Source of the DNA: Eledone cirrhosa
Lineage: Eukaryota
Reading direction: 5' to 3'
NCBI GenBank assembly: GCA_964016885.1
Contig: OZ024745.1
Coordinates: forward strand, 7,440,001 to 7,504,000
DNA length: 64,000 nucleotides
Part shown: positions 23,248 through 37,433 of the stretch, piece after piece
Layout of the letters: every line of letters begins with the position of its first letter
How positions within the stretch are numbered: the stretch's first letter is position 1
The notes under the pieces: generated by a model
Seen by the model: only the letters and a program-made list of their open reading frames with translations
What the model was told of the DNA's origin: nothing
Database searches by the model: none
Made by a program: the position numbers and the translations under genes

Positions 23248-26200
23248 GTCACCTGTGTAGTAATGACTATTGCTAGTATGACACCTGTGTAGTAATGACT
23301 ATTGCTAGTATGACACCTGTGTAGTAATGACTATTGCTAGTATGACACCCGTGTAGTAATGACTATTGCTAGTATGACACCTGTGTAGTAATGACTATTG
23401 ATAGTATGTCACCTGTTTAGTAATGACTATTGCTAGTATGACACCTGTGTAGTAATGACCATTGCTAGTATGTCACCTGTGTAGTAATGACCATTGCTAG
23501 TATGTCACCTGTGTAGTAATGACCATTGCTAGTATGACACCTGTGTAGTAATGACTATTGCTAGTATGTCACCTGTGTAGTAATGACTATTGCTAGTATG
23601 ACACCTGTGTAGTAATGACTATTGCTAGTATGACACCTGTGTAGTAATGACCATTGCTAGTATGACACCTGTGTAGTAATGACTATTGCTAGTATGTCAC
23701 CTGTCTAGTAATGACTATTGCTAGTATGACACCTGTGTAGTAATGACTATTGCTAGTATGTCACCTGTGTAGTAATGACTATTGCTAGTATGTCACCTGT
23801 GTAGTAATGACTATTGCTAGTATGACACCTGTGTAGTAATGACTATTGCTAGTATGACACCTGTGTAGTAATGACCATTGCTAGTATGTCACCTGTCTAG
23901 TAATGACTATTGCTAGTATGACACCTGTGTAGTAATGACTATTGCTAGTATGTCACCTGTGTAGTAATGACTATTGCTAGTATGTCACCTGTGTAGTAAT
24001 GACTATTGCTAGTATGTCACCTGTGTAGTAATGACTATTGCTAGTATGTCACCTGTGTAGTAATGACTATTGCTAGTATGACACCTGTGTAGTAATGACT
24101 ATTGCTAGTATGACACCTGTGTAGTAATGACTATTGCTAGTATGTCACCTGTGTAGTAATGACTATTGCTAGTATGTCACCTGTCTAGTAATGACTATTG
24201 CTAGTATGTCACCTGTGTAGTAATGACTATTGCTAGTATGTCACCTGTGTAGTAATGACTATTGCTAGTATGTCACCTGTGTAGTAATGACTATTGCTAG
24301 TATGTCACCTGTCTAGTAATGACTATTGCTAGTATGACACCTGTGTAGTAATGACTATTGCTAGTATGTCACCTGTGTAGTAATGACTATTGCTAGTATG
24401 TCACCTGTGTAGTAATGACTATTGCTAGTATGTCACCTATGTAGTAATGACTATTGCTAGTATGACACCTGTGTAGTAATGACTATTGCTAGTATGACAC
24501 CTGTGTAGTAAGGACTATTGCTAGTATGACACCTGTGTAGTAATGACTATTGCTAGTATGACACCTGTGTAGTAATGACTATTGCTAGTATGACACCTGT
24601 GTAGTAATGACTATTGCTAGTATGTCACCTGTGTAGTAATGACTATTGCTAGTATGACACCTGTGTAATAATGACTATTGCTAGTATGTCACCTGTGTAG
24701 TAATGACTATTGCTAGTATGACACTTGTGTAATAATGACTATTGCTAGTATGACACCTGTGTAGTAATGACTATTGCTAGTATGTCACCTGTGTAGTAAT
24801 GACTATTGCTAGTATGTCACCTGTGTAGTAATGACTATTGCTAGTATGACACCTGTGTAATAATGACTATTGCTAGTATGTCACCTGTGTAGTAATGACT
24901 TGCTAGTATGACACCTGTGTAGTAATGACTATTGCTAGTATGACACCTGTGTAGTAATGACTTGCTAGTATGACACCTGTGTAGTAATGACTATTGCTAG
25001 TATGTCACCTGTGTAGTAATGACTTGCTAGTATGACACCTGTGTAGTAATGACTATTGCTAGTATGACACCTGTGTAGTAATGACTATTGCTAGTATGTC
25101 ACCTGTGTAGTAATGACTTGCTAGTATGACACCTGTGTAGTAATGACTATTGCTAGTATGACACCTGTGTAATAATGACTATTGCTAGTATGTCACCTGT
25201 GTAGTAATGACCATTGCTAGTATGACACCTGTGTAATAATGACTATTGCTAGTATGTCACCTGTGTAGTAATGACCATTGCTAGTATGACACCTGTGTAG
25301 TAATGACTATTGCTAGTATGACACCTGTGTAGTAATGACTATTGCTAGTATGTCACCTATGTAGTAATGACTATTGCTAGTATGTCACCTGTGTAGTAAT
25401 GACCATTGCTAGTATGACACCTGTGTAATAATGACTATTGCTAGTATGTCACCTGTGTAGTAATGACCATTGCTAGTATGACACCTGTGTAGTAATGACT
25501 ATTGCTAGTATGACACCTGTGTAGTAATGACTATTGCTAGTATGACACCTGTGTAGTAATGACTATTGCTAGTATGTCACCTGTGTAGTAATGACTATTG
25601 CTAGTATGACACCTGTGTAGTAATGACTATTGCTAGTATGACACCTGTGTAGTAATGACTATTGCTAGTATGACACCTGTGTAGTAATGACTATTGCTAG
25701 TATGACACCTGTGTAGTAATGACCATTGCTAGTATGACACCTGTGTAGTAATGACTTGCTAGTATGACACCTGTGTAGTAATGACTATTGCTAGTATGTC
25801 ACCTGTGTAGTAATGACTATTGCTAGTATGTCACCTATGTAGTAATGACTATTGCTAGTATGACACCTGTGTAGTAATGACCATTGCTAGTATGACACCT
25901 GTGTAGTAATGACTATTGCTAGTATGACACCTGTGTAGTAATGACTATTGCTAGTATGTCACCTATGTAGTAATGACTATTGCTAGTATGACACCTGTGT
26001 AGTAATGACTATTGCTAGTATGTCACCTGTGTAGTAATGACCATTGCTAGTATGACACCTGTGTAGTAATGACTATTGCTAGTATGACACCTGTGTAGTA
26101 ATGACTATTGCTAGTATGTCACCTATGTAGTAATGACTATTGCTAGTATGTCACCTATGTAGTAATGACTATTGCTAGTATGACACCTGTGTAGTAATGA

Positions 26201-28265
26201 CTATTGCTAGTATGTCACCTGTGTAGTAATGACTATTGCTAGTATGTCACCTATGTAGTAATGACTATTGCTAGTATGTCACCTATGTAGTAATGACTAT
26301 TGCTAGTATGACACCTGTGTAGTAATGACCATTGCTAGTATGTCACCTGTGTAGTAATGACTATTGCTAGTATGACACCTGTGTAGTAATGACTATTGCT
26401 AGTATGTCACCTATGTAGTAATGACTATTGCTAGTATGTCACCTGTGTAATAATGACTATTGCTAGTATGTCACCTGTGTAGTAATGACTATTGCTAGTA
26501 TGACACCTGTGTAGTAATGACTATTGCTAGTATGACACCTGTGTAGTAATGACTATTGCTAGTATGTCACCTGTCTAGTAATGACTATTGCTAGTATGAC
26601 ACCTGTGTAGTAATGACTATTGCTAGTATGACACCTGTGTAGTAATGACTATTGCTAGTATGACACCTGTGTAGTAATGACTATTGCTAGTATGTCACCT
26701 GTCTAGTAATGACTATTGCTAGTATGTCACCTGTCTAGTAATGACTATTGCTAGTATGTCACCTGTGTAGTAATGACTATTGCTAGTATGTCACCTGTGT
26801 AGTAATGACTATTGCTAGTATGTCACCTGTGTAGTAATGACTATTGCTAGTTTGACACCTGTGTAGTAATGACCATTGCTAGTATGACACCTGTGTAGTA
26901 ATGACTATTGCTAGTATGTCACCTGTGTAGTAATGACTATTGCTAGTATGACACCTGTGTAGTAATGACTATTGCTAGTATGTCACCTGTGTAGTAATGA
27001 CCATTGCTAGTATGACACCTGTGTAATAATGACTATTGCTAGTATGACACCTGTGTAGTAATGATTATTGCTAGTATGACACCTGTGTAGTAATGACTAT
27101 TGCTAGTATGTCACCTGTCTAGTAATGACTATTGCTAGTATGTCACCTATGTAGTAATGACTATTGCTAGTATGACACCTGTGTAGTAATGACTATTGCT
27201 AGTATGTCACCTGTGTAGTAATGACCATTGCTAGTATGACACCTGTGTAATAATGACTATTGCTAGTATGTCACCTGTGTAGTAATGACTTGCTAGTATG
27301 ACACCTGTGTAATAATGACTATTGCTAGTATGTCACCTGTGTAGTAATAACTACTGCTAGTATGACACCTGTGTAGTAATGACTATTGCTAGTATGTCAC
27401 CTGTGTAGTAATGACCATTGCTAGTATGACACCTGTGTAGTAATGACTATTGCTAGTATGACACCTGTGTAGTAATGACTATTGCTAGTATGTCACCTAT
27501 GTAGTAATGACTATTGCTAGTATGTCACCTATGTAGTAATGACTATTGCTAGTATGTCACCTGTGTAGTAATAACTACTGCTAGTATGACACCTGTGTAG
27601 TAATGACTATTGCTAGTATGTCACCTATGTAGTAATGACTATTGCTAGTATGTCACCTGTGTAGTAATGACCATTGCTAGTATGACACCTGTGTAGTAAT
27701 GACTATTGCTAGTATGTCACCTGTGTAGTAATGACTATTGCTAGTATGTCACCTGTGTAGTAATGACTATTGCTAGTATGACACCTGTGTAGTAATGACT
27801 ATTGCTAGTATGTCACCTATGTAGTAATGACTATTGCTAGTATGACACCTGTGTAATAATGACTATTGCTAGTATGTCACCTGTGTAGTAATGACTATTG
27901 CTAGTATGACACCTGTGTAGTAATGACTATTGCTAGTATGTCACCTGTGTAGTAATGACTATTGCTAGTATGACACATGTGTAGTAATGACTATTGCTAG
28001 TATTTCACCTGTGTAGTAATGACTATTGCTAGTATGTCACCTGTGTAGTAATGACTATTGCTAGTATGACACCTGTGTAGTAATGACTATTGCTAGTATG
28101 TCACCTGTGTAGTAATGACTATTGCTAGTATGTCACCTGTGTAGTAATGACTATTGCTAGTATGACACCTGTGTAGTAATGACTATTGCTAGTATTTCAC
28201 CTGTGTAGTAATGACTATTGCTAGTATTTCACCTGTGTAATAATGACTATTGCTAGTATGTCACC
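23248..28265. repeat. 32-bp satellite (CACCTGTGTAGTAATGACTATTGCTAGTATG[A/T]), about 157 units, 5 kb
   Basis: Direct tandem units, highly homogeneous. Confidence 0.99.
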
Positions 28266-28689
28266 AAAAGCTAGTTTAGACACATTTCTACCAAACAATG
28301 CTCCACTTATTCACTCGATACACATGAAACAATGGCATGTCTTTCATCTATACCGCTAATGAATCAATATTTATTTAACAGCAATCACTAAAGTCGAACT
28401 GGGAATCCCGGTAACTGAATACAAGAAGCTGTACATGACGGCCCACCCCACTGGAAAGTGATCAATATATAGACAGGGAGGTTTGAATAAAAGGAAACTA
28501 CAAAACTGTAGCAGAAGATTTTTATCATTGTTATGGTATGGTGTGGCCCCATAACTTCTGATGGAATCATAGGGGTAGTGTAGTGGCATTTTAAGCTTGA
28601 CAGAGCCCATCCCCTCCCCAGCTCTGAATACAGCAGATTTCTTCCAAATAAAGAGAGTGAGAGAATGAAAATGAGAAAGAGATATAGAG

Positions 28690-28830
28690 GAAGAATTGAC
28701 CCAAGACTGGTACTTTTTTATCAATCTCAAAAGGATGAAAGACAAAGTTGACCATGGATTTGAACTCAGAGAGAAGAGATCCAGAAGTATATTGCAAAAC
28801 ACTGACATTCTAATGACTCTCAGTTTGCTG
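28690..28830 (-). mobile_element. Diverged SINE
   Basis: ctggtacttttttatc...ggatgaaagacaaagttgacc...atttgaactcaga. Confidence 0.72.
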
Positions 28831-29142
28831 CCTTTTTATCATTTTACTGAGATAAAAAGGCATACACTTCTATTTATGCAACAACCTAATGAAAGTAGCC
28901 TGTCACTTAACCCTAATTCAAAATATGTTTTATATTACAGAAATATATTACAACATTAAGATCTGACCATGGAAATTAAATATATCTAAAAATAATGAGT
29001 TCCTTTTGATTCAGCACACCATACATATTTTGGTGAGAAGAAATGATTATGTTCATAGCTTAAGGGAGTTAATGACATAAGTAAAACCAATTCACATCCT
29101 GCTACATTTGGTATGTCAATTGGGAAAACCACTTCTGATAGA

Positions 29143-29388
29143 TTAATAAGGGACACTACAATCTATTTCTGCTATATTAATAAGGGACACTACAATCTAT
29201 TTCTGCTATATTAATAAGGGACACTACAATCTATTTCTGCTATATTAATAAGGGACACTACAATCTATTTCTGCTATATTATTAAGGGACACTACAATCT
29301 ATTTCTGCTATATTATTAAGGGACACTACAATCTATTTCTGCTATATTATTAAGGGACACTACAATCTATTTCTGCTATATTATTAAC
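29143..29388. repeat. 34-bp minisatellite, about 7 units
   Basis: TAAGGGACACTACAATCTATTTCTGCTATATTA(A/T) repeated. Confidence 0.96.
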
Positions 29389-29442
29389 AGATGACAAAGT
29401 TGACTCTGGCTGGGAAATAATTCTCCAAATTATCACAAATTA

Positions 29443-29555
29443 GCATGTGGCTTAGTGGTTTGGGAATTGGATTCACAATCACGAGGTCATGAGTTTGATT
29501 CTCGAACCTGATGCGTTATGTCCTTGAGCGAGACACTTTATTTCACATTGCTCTT
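29443..29555 (+). mobile_element. Second tRNA-derived SINE family (5' part)
   Basis: A-box TGGCTTAGTGGT, B-box-like GAGTTTGATTCTC, then GTCCTTGAGCGAGACACTTTATTTCAC, a common SINE central block. Confidence 0.6.
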
Positions 29556-30779
29556 TCTGCCAGGAGTTGTGACTGGTAGATATCAGCAATGGAAAGACCA
29601 ATGGAAATGTTTCCTTTGCGAATGCAGTCTGTTGCCAATCGTCAAAATAAATCACAAATTTAAGAGGGAAAGGGTGTTAACGATACTAGGATTTGAACTC
29701 AGAAGATAGAGAAATGAATAAAGTGTAACATTTAGACAGAATATCCTTTCTGCTATTTCAGCAACTTCCCTTAAAAATAAACAATAACAATAATGATAAT
29801 AAAACAAACATGAAAAGCCATAATTATGATAATATATAATTAAACAAAGGAGGAGGGGAAGTGGTAATGAAATTATACGATATTGGTGTGGCCAGTAATT
29901 ACGAATGCTAAATAACTTCTAAACAAGATAGAACAGGCAAACATATACACTCCTCACATATATATATATATATATATGTATGCATGTACATATATATGTG
30001 TGTAAACAGACTCACCTACACACACGTACATATATATACATGCGTAAACACCTCACACACATATCTACATACATGTAAACAGACTCACATACATGTAAAC
30101 AGACTCACATACACATATATGTACACACATAATCAAAAATATTTCTGCATTATTTATGTGTTGTTATTGTGTGAAGTCTTTGTTCTTGTCCAACTGTACA
30201 AACCAACAAGTTTTGAAATGAATAAATAAAGAGTATTTTAGATCAACTGTAAACGAGGAAGCTGTCCTCCTCTTCCCATTACTGCTGGCCTGAAATAAGT
30301 AGAGTCCATCTCTCTGTAGAAAAGTGGGCGAAGGAAGAGGAAATTTATCTCATCAAAAATTCCCTTTGAAGGTTTTAAACAATAAAAGGAATGGGTTCTA
30401 GTTAGGCAGTATGATCTGTACACTTAGCCACCCTCATCTACCCCTAATGAACTCAACAAAGACCCCCACCTCACTCCAATTACCACCTTTCAATGAGGTG
30501 TTTTTCCTCTCTACTTGCAGGTTCTATGTTAGAAAATACAACAATGAAAAATGAATGAAAAGAAACAACATTTAAAATCTAACTCTTTTTTTATTTATTG
30601 TTCTTTCTTTCTCACCAGTGGGTCTCCACTCCCACCCTAACACCCCCAACACTCATCACTGTCCCACAAAACAACATGTAAAATATGTATAATTCTGATA
30701 GTTATTTGCCAATGTTGCAAGCTATAACAACATTATGTAAAACATGACAGGTTTTATTTTAGATATGTACACCTTCAAC

Positions 30780-30950
30780 TACAGCTTTATGGATTTATTA
30801 TCTTCTAAGTTCAAATCTTGCCAAAGTTAGTTTTGCTTTTCGTCGTTCTGAGGTCAATAAAATAAAGTACCAGTTAAGTACTGGAGTTGTTATAATCAAC
30901 TTCCCCTTCCTAATTGCTGGCCTTGTGCCAAAAGTAGAAACCATTATTAC
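30780..30950 (+). mobile_element. SINE copy
   Basis: gttcaaatc...aaagtaccag...gctggccttgtgccaaaagtagaaa. Confidence 0.8.
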
Positions 30951-31327
30951 TGTGGTGTCTCTTTACATGTTAAGTTTAAATGTCACCTAAGGCACCATCA
31001 ACATTATTTACTGCCTGTTTTCTCTGTTAGAGTTAGACAGGGCACCACAAACCAATTCAGTAGTTACTGACCTCTCAGATGGGCTGTAGGCTCGCATCTT
31101 GTTTACAAAAACCAACATTCTCATGTTCTAACGAGTACATTTTATCATGGCACCAGTACTAGAAAGGTTGTCATGTCTTTGACACAGCTGAAGAGTCCCG
31201 ACACTTTGGCAGGTTTTCTATGACTTATGTTTATCCTATGAACAGTCAACTACTAGAGTGGATTTAATTAACTAACCATTCGTCTTAAAGGCCTTGCATT
31301 GTGTCTATATCAGAAGTATTATTATCA

Positions 31328-31512
31328 TGGATTGGCAGTATTGGTAGAGGGTCGGACGTCATGCTTTCCAGCAGAGTTATGTCCCTTTATGGTCTGAGTT
31401 CAAATCCCGCCGAGGTTAACTTTGCTTTTCATCCTTATGGGGTTGATAAAATAATGTACCAGTAATGTACTGGGTAATTGCTGGCCTCGTGCCAAAAGTA
31501 GAAACAATTATT
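31328..31512 (+). mobile_element. Near full-length young SINE
   Basis: All family blocks present; ATTATTATCAT on both sides is a probable TSD. Confidence 0.9.
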
Positions 31513-32721
31513 ATCATCATCATCATCAACATTAGTGTAAGAAACATTGATGTGTGCTAAGTTGCATCTCTTTATGTTCTGAGTAGAAATCCTGTCATGG
31601 ATTAACAGGAATTGATTGTGGCCTAAGAAATCCTTTTTATCAAGGAAGATAGATAGAAACCACAAAATACAGGACACCTATTTAGTTTCATTCCAATATA
31701 TTTTCCAATTTTATCCCCATATCAGTAAAATAGACATATTCTGGTCTCAATTTAAATGGACCAAAAATCATCATTTTTTTGTCTGCTTTCCAATGTTAGC
31801 ATGGGCAGGATGAAGGCTTTTTTGAGGTAGTATTCTTTGGCTAAATGCTCTTTCTGATACCAACCATTTATTTTGGAGTGTGGCATTTATTCCACTGATC
31901 TTTTTTACCTGCCAAACTTCTGACATGAAGGATATATTGATGCCCACATCATTAAATATGTTACAAAATACTAAGAATTACACGAGTAATTCCAGAGAAG
32001 GGAGGAAATCTAATTAATGAATTGACCCTATTATATTACAGTTACTTTAGTAATGGATTCTTAGAGAGAAATAAGGTGAATTTTGAAGGGTAGCTAGTCT
32101 CTAACTTAAATATTTCTTTCAACTCCGTAGTAGTAGTAAATAATAAATGATAGTAACAATATATTTTTTTCAATGAAAGACAGCTGGAATAGAAATGTCT
32201 ATAAAGTGTAAAAGAATGAGCAGAGGTATTTGCAATGAAGGTATTGGAGCGTGTGAAATAGTGCATCATATCATCCAGCGTACTGGATATTTCTGCTTGG
32301 ACTTGCAGCACATATTGAACACTTCATTCATTGCAGACACCGATAGCTGCATGTTGTAGTGGTAACGACAGCAACTGACAGCATTAGTGGGCGGGACAGG
32401 AGGGCACAGATGGACGATATGTTAATTATAGACTAATTTAAGATGTGATAATGATAGAAAATGGTCGCTGTAATGGGATAATAATTATAAACACACGTGT
32501 AATCGCTATTTTACAAATTCAAATACAAACAAGCATGTGTAACGATTGTAGAGAAAGTGTCAGGCTGAAGAGAAAGAGGTATCATGTCAATAACAGAAGA
32601 GATGTGTTGAGTACAGAGAAACAACCTATTACAACAGCAATACACATCATTTTATATAGGAATTGCTACACTAGAATAGTTAATGCTTGGGTATAGTGGT
32701 TAGTAGAGAGTCTAGGGAAGG

Positions 32722-32842
32722 AGGAGTTAGTTGGGCCTGAGTGATGGTGGGAGGAGGAATTAGATGGGACTGAGTGATGGTGGGAAGAAGAGTTAGTTGG
32801 GCTTGAGTGATGGTGGGAGGAAGAGTTAGTTGGGTTTGAGTG
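32722..32842. repeat. ~33-bp degenerate minisatellite, about 3.5 units
   Basis: GAGTTAGTTGGGCCTGAGTGATGGTGGGAGGA repeated. Confidence 0.85.
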
Positions 32843-33080
32843 TGACTGAAGACAGTTCTGAAGAGAAATAGGTGAAAGGCTAGAGTATGTTGGTAACTCT
32901 ATGGAGTAATCACAAGTCTTTCCCTGTAGTGAAGGGTGTTTACATGTACAGCCTCATCCCAGTTGTGGTGTCTCACCTCAACCTTGTATAGAGTTAATAA
33001 CTGAAATATTTTCTAGCTCTGAAGAGGACAGGTTTTGGAAGGTTCTGGATATAAAATTGCTAGGAAATCAATGAGTGAAA

Positions 33081-33256
33081 CATGTGTAGTGTTGGGTATG
33101 ACTAAAAGAGGTGGGGTACAGGACTGCTTCCTTGCCATGTGTAGTGTTGGGTATGACTAAAAGAGGTGGGGTACAGGACTGCTTCCTTGCCATGTGTAGT
33201 GTTGGGTATGACTAAAAGAGGTGGGGTACAGGACTGCTTCCTTGCCATGTGTAGTG
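33081..33256. repeat. 55-bp perfect tandem repeat, 3 units
   Basis: CATGTGTAGTGTTGGGTATGACTAAAAGAGGTGGGGTACAGGACTGCTTCCTTGC repeated three times. Confidence 0.96.
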
Positions 33257-33442
33257 ATTGTTTATGTATTGTCGATCAGACTGATGTGACCCCATAGGCC
33301 TGGAAAATATTTTGAAGGTCTTTGTTGAAGTCAATGAAGGCTTGGCATGAAGTGCTACATGTAGATGACACTTATGTGTGGAAAATTAGGGAGTATTAAA
33401 AGGAGATATTAGGAGCGGCTATTGTTGGAGATGTACAAAATG

Positions 33443-34222
33443 AGGAGTATAGAGGATATAACAGGAGTATAGAGGATATAACAGGAGTATAGAGGATATA
33501 ACAGGAGTATAGAGGATATAACAGGAGTATAGAGGATATAACAGGAGTATAGAGGATAAAACAGGAGTATAGAGGATAAAACAAGAGTATAGAGGATATA
33601 ACAGGAGTATAGCGGATATAACAGGAGTATAGAGGATATAACAGGAGTATAGCGGATAAAACAGGAGTATAGAGGATATAACAGGAGTATAGAGGATATA
33701 ACAGGAGTATAGAGGATAAAACAGGAGTATAGCGGATATAACAGGAGTATAGCAGATATAACAGGAGTATAGAGGATATAACAGGAGTATAGAGGATATA
33801 ACAGGAGTATAGCAGATATAACAGGAGTATAGAGGATATAACAGGAGTATAGAGGATATAACAGGAGTATAGAGGATATAACAGGAGTATAGAGGATATA
33901 ACAGGAGTATAGCGGATATAACAGGAGTATAGAGGATATAACAGGAGTATAGCGGATAAAACAGGAGTATAGAGGATATAACAGGAGTATAGAGGATATA
34001 ACAGGAGTATAGAGGATATAACAGGAGTATAGAGGATATAACAGGAGTATAGCGGATATAACAGGAGTATAGAGGATATAACAGGAGTATAGAGGATATA
34101 ACAGGAGTATAGCGGATATAACAGGAGTATAGAGGATATAACAGGAGTATAGAGGATATAACAGGAGTATAGCGGATATAACAGGAGTATAGCAGATATA
34201 ACAGGAGCATAGAGGATATAAC
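33443..34222. repeat. 20-bp minisatellite ACAGGAGTATAGAGGATATA, about 39 units
   Basis: Direct reading; source of the 273- and 275-aa repetitive ORFs. Confidence 0.98.
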
Positions 34223-35529
34223 GAAGCCAAGGTTAATGTAGGTCAAAGAGTTCCATTAACAAACGTATAATTTGATAGGGAGCTTCTGTTGAGAGAGGGG
34301 TGAAGTCCATGTCTTTTGAGACAAATCACAACCAGAGCTTACACTTTGCTAACATTGGTTAATTTCTGTTACTAAAGTAATGGTGTAGTAATCAACAATA
34401 TTTAGCCCAGGGGACAATGGTTTGTGATACACATATCTATATGTTGTCTAGACACTGGATATGTACAACAAATTATGATGACTTGAGGTATAAAATAAGG
34501 TATTTTTGAATTAGAACTAGTGAAAATATGAATATGATGAAGATGCTGTGTTGAGAAGAACCATTCTAACCCATGCCAAGTGATGAAAAACATGTAAAAA
34601 TGATGATGATGATGATGATGATGACATACATGATTCTATAGATTCATGGACACATAAATTACTCAAATTTGAAACTCTATTCAGTTACATATATATACAT
34701 ATATATATATATCCACATGCAATGTATTATACAAACCATACTACATATTTTTTGCTCTTTACCCATTTCTGACAAATTTGTTTTACTGAGCAGCTTTATT
34801 CCTGTGGCTGATACAGCGGGTGTCACTGGCTATTCTCTGTAGCAACGCTATCACCATTTTGTCAGTTGAGATACACTTCCTAGACTTGGGTGTACACGAC
34901 AGCCACTTCTTCGCCTCTTTCCCTATTTAATTTTCTTCTTTCCAGTTTAGAATAGTTGCACCATATTCCTGCATGTTCTAAGAAGCAACTAAAAGGGTTG
35001 GTATCAGGAAAGGCATCAGGTAAAACATTGCCTCATTATTATAAGCCTAAATTTTAATTAATGTTCAAATGAATGCCACTCCAATTCAAGATTAAATACT
35101 GACTCCCTTATCTATCAGTTTTTAAACACATCAACAGCAGTGAAATTCTTTATAACATTACTTCTACTGTAACTCAGCAAGACAATCTGGAAAAGCAGAG
35201 GTACTAATGTTTTAAAGGAAGTGAGGAACTCTCTAGAATAAGGGAGATAACTAATTGTTTCCTCTCTTTCATTTCATCCATGTTGGGTCTTGTTGGGTTT
35301 TTATCAAAATTTTTTTTTTTATCCAACGGACCTTTTTTGCCCACCATTTTATCAATAGCAATAAATATTGGCAATTTAATTGATCTATTGAACATTTTGG
35401 CAAATAGGAGAACTAGAAAGTAACATTGCAAAAGTTGACATTGATATATGACATTCTAGCTTCATTTAGCAATAAACGGTCTCAAATCTTTTTAAAAACT
35501 ACACCCCACTAACCAGTATACCCTCTAAG

Positions 35530-35700
35530 GTGCTGGTAGTGTGATAAAATGCTCCCATTATATGCTGTAAAGAGGTTGGCATTAGGAAAGGCATCCAGCA
35601 TATGAACACGACATGATTACCTGACAAGCCTGGCCTCAGTACATGACAGACTGTCTAACCCAAGCAAACATGGAAAATAAGCAAGGATGATGATGATAAA
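35530..35700 (+). mobile_element. Short non-autonomous RTE-related element (further copies near 15090, 31780, 34990 and 55850)
   Basis: GGTTGGCATTAGGAAAGGCATCCAGC (as in the RTE 5' UTR), followed by AACCCA..CA.CATGGAAAA..(GAT)n (as in the RTE tail). Confidence 0.6.
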
Positions 35701-36453
35701 AATATTTTGCCTTTGGAATTGTTTTATGTTGTATGTCTTATTAATTATATTTAATTATGTTATTAATTAACACTTCATATGCAACATTAAATTTAACACA
35801 AATTACATAATATATTTTTTTTATCAGTTCAGCAATACCGTTAATGTTTTACATGTGACCTTGTAGACTACGCATTCTTTTTTATTAAGTTTGCAGAAAT
35901 AATCATGATTATCTAAATTATTTTTCTACTGACTGGTTTCAGCTATGGTAGCTTTGCAAAGTTTCATTTTCTGGTAAATCATTACAAATGTAAATATAAA
36001 TAAAGAGTTAAAAGCTTTCTTTTACAATAGTTTGAAATATTGTATTTGAAATATCACGGTAGAACTGGCATTAGAACAGACATTAGTTTCGATTATTTTG
36101 GAGATTCAATCCATTTCTTAATCCTCTTCTATAGGTGATAAAGAGAAAATTTCATTTATACTGATGTTAAACCAATGTTTAACTCAGTCAATGTCAAACG
36201 GCCACCCATTGGCTTTCTGAATGGCAGGTTTAATTTCAAAATTGCCTTAAAATTTTTAGTAGTGTGGCCCAACTTATGATGAGCCACATCTTATATGGCC
36301 TACTAGTTGAAAAAGGTTGCTGATGCCTGGTTCAACTGATATTAAACAGTTAAAAGATGAGCTCTCTTTTGCAGAAATGTCTTCATGGATTTCATATAAA
36401 CTTTATTTTATTGCAACCTGACAGAATATACTTAGCGTCTTGAGAAATGACTT

Positions 36454-37013
36454 GAAACTAAAGAGTGTATCATTGTATAAGACAGGGAAACTAAAGAGTA
36501 TATAATTGTATAAGACAGGGAAACTAAAGAGTATATAATTGTATAAGACAGGGAAACTAAAGAGTATATCATTGTATAAGACAGGGAAGCTAAAGAGTGT
36601 ATCATTGTATAAGACAGGGAAACTAAAGAGTGTATCATTGTATAAGACAGGGAAACTAAAGAGTATATCATTGTATAAGACAAGGAAACTAAAGAGTATA
36701 TCATTGTATAAGACAGGGAAACTAAAGAGTATATCATTGTATAAGACAGGGAAACTAAAGAGTATATCATTGTATAAGACAGGGAAACTAAAGAGTATAT
36801 CATTGTATAAGACAGGGAAACTAAAGAGTATATCATTGTATAAGACAGGGAAACTAAAGAGTATATCATTGTATAAGACAGGGAAACTAAAGAGTGTATC
36901 ATTGTATAAGACAGGGAAACTAAAGAGTGTATCATTGTATAAGACAGGGAAACTAAAGAGTATATCATTGTATAAGACAGGGAAACTAAAGAGTATATCA
37001 TTGTATAAGACAG
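36454..37013. repeat. 33-bp minisatellite GAAACTAAAGAGTATATCATTGTATAAGACAGG, about 17 units
   Basis: Direct reading; ends about 270 bp from an Axin exon donor. Confidence 0.98.
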
Positions 37014-37286
37014 TGAAAAGATAAGGATGTTGTAGTTTGAAGCATTGAGTAAAGTGTAGCGCAATTGAAGGTTACCACAATATGAATGAGATGGTAAATG
37101 TTAATTATAACAATGTTATTGAGTAACAACAAATACACAGATCCAAACTAGTTTCTTCAATTAATCTGAAATATAAAAAACTGTAAGATAACATTCTAAC
37201 ATTGTTATCATATTTTTAACAATTACTGTCCAATTCATGTTGTGGTAGGTAACCTTCTGATGACTATAGTAAAGAAAACTACTTAC

Positions 37287-37433
37287 AGACTGCTGTCGGT
37301 CATTGATACAGTATCATCATTGGTTGCTTCACTGGATAAACTATGCAGCTCACTATCCTGGGCAGAGACAGGAGCATATGAAATATGCTGCGGGTAATTG
37401 GTTGACTGGTTCCTATCACCGTAACTGCCATAG
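37287..37433 (-). CDS. Axin: Axin internal exon (YGSY...YAPVSAQDSELHSLSSEATNDDTVSMTDSS), 147 bp, phase 2/2
   Basis: Acceptor tttatag| and donor |gtaagt. Translation resembles vertebrate Axin [31 protein letters not shown]. Terminal CT joins the T of the next exon to give Leu-Asp-Gly-Ile-Pro. Confidence 0.92.

Noticed and set aside
21745-28265. Regular 32-bp and 51-bp repeats resembling CRISPR arrays
   Set aside because: Units are contiguous with no unique spacers, there are no cas genes, and the context is a eukaryotic intron.
33409-34246. 273- and 275-aa ORFs
   Set aside because: They are translations of the 20-bp minisatellite.
32850-34400. Possible second Penelope-like relic on minus (SKDMDFTP and weak GIY-YIG-like remnants)
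   Set aside because: Motifs are too degenerate to support by eye.
36270-36332. hAT-like terminus (CAGGCATCAGCAACCTTTTT on minus); a similar single end lies near 47670
   Set aside because: No partner TIR or TSD identified.
36432-37064. 210- and 161-aa ORFs
   Set aside because: They come from the 33-bp minisatellite, whose unit length is a multiple of 3 and so keeps frames open.
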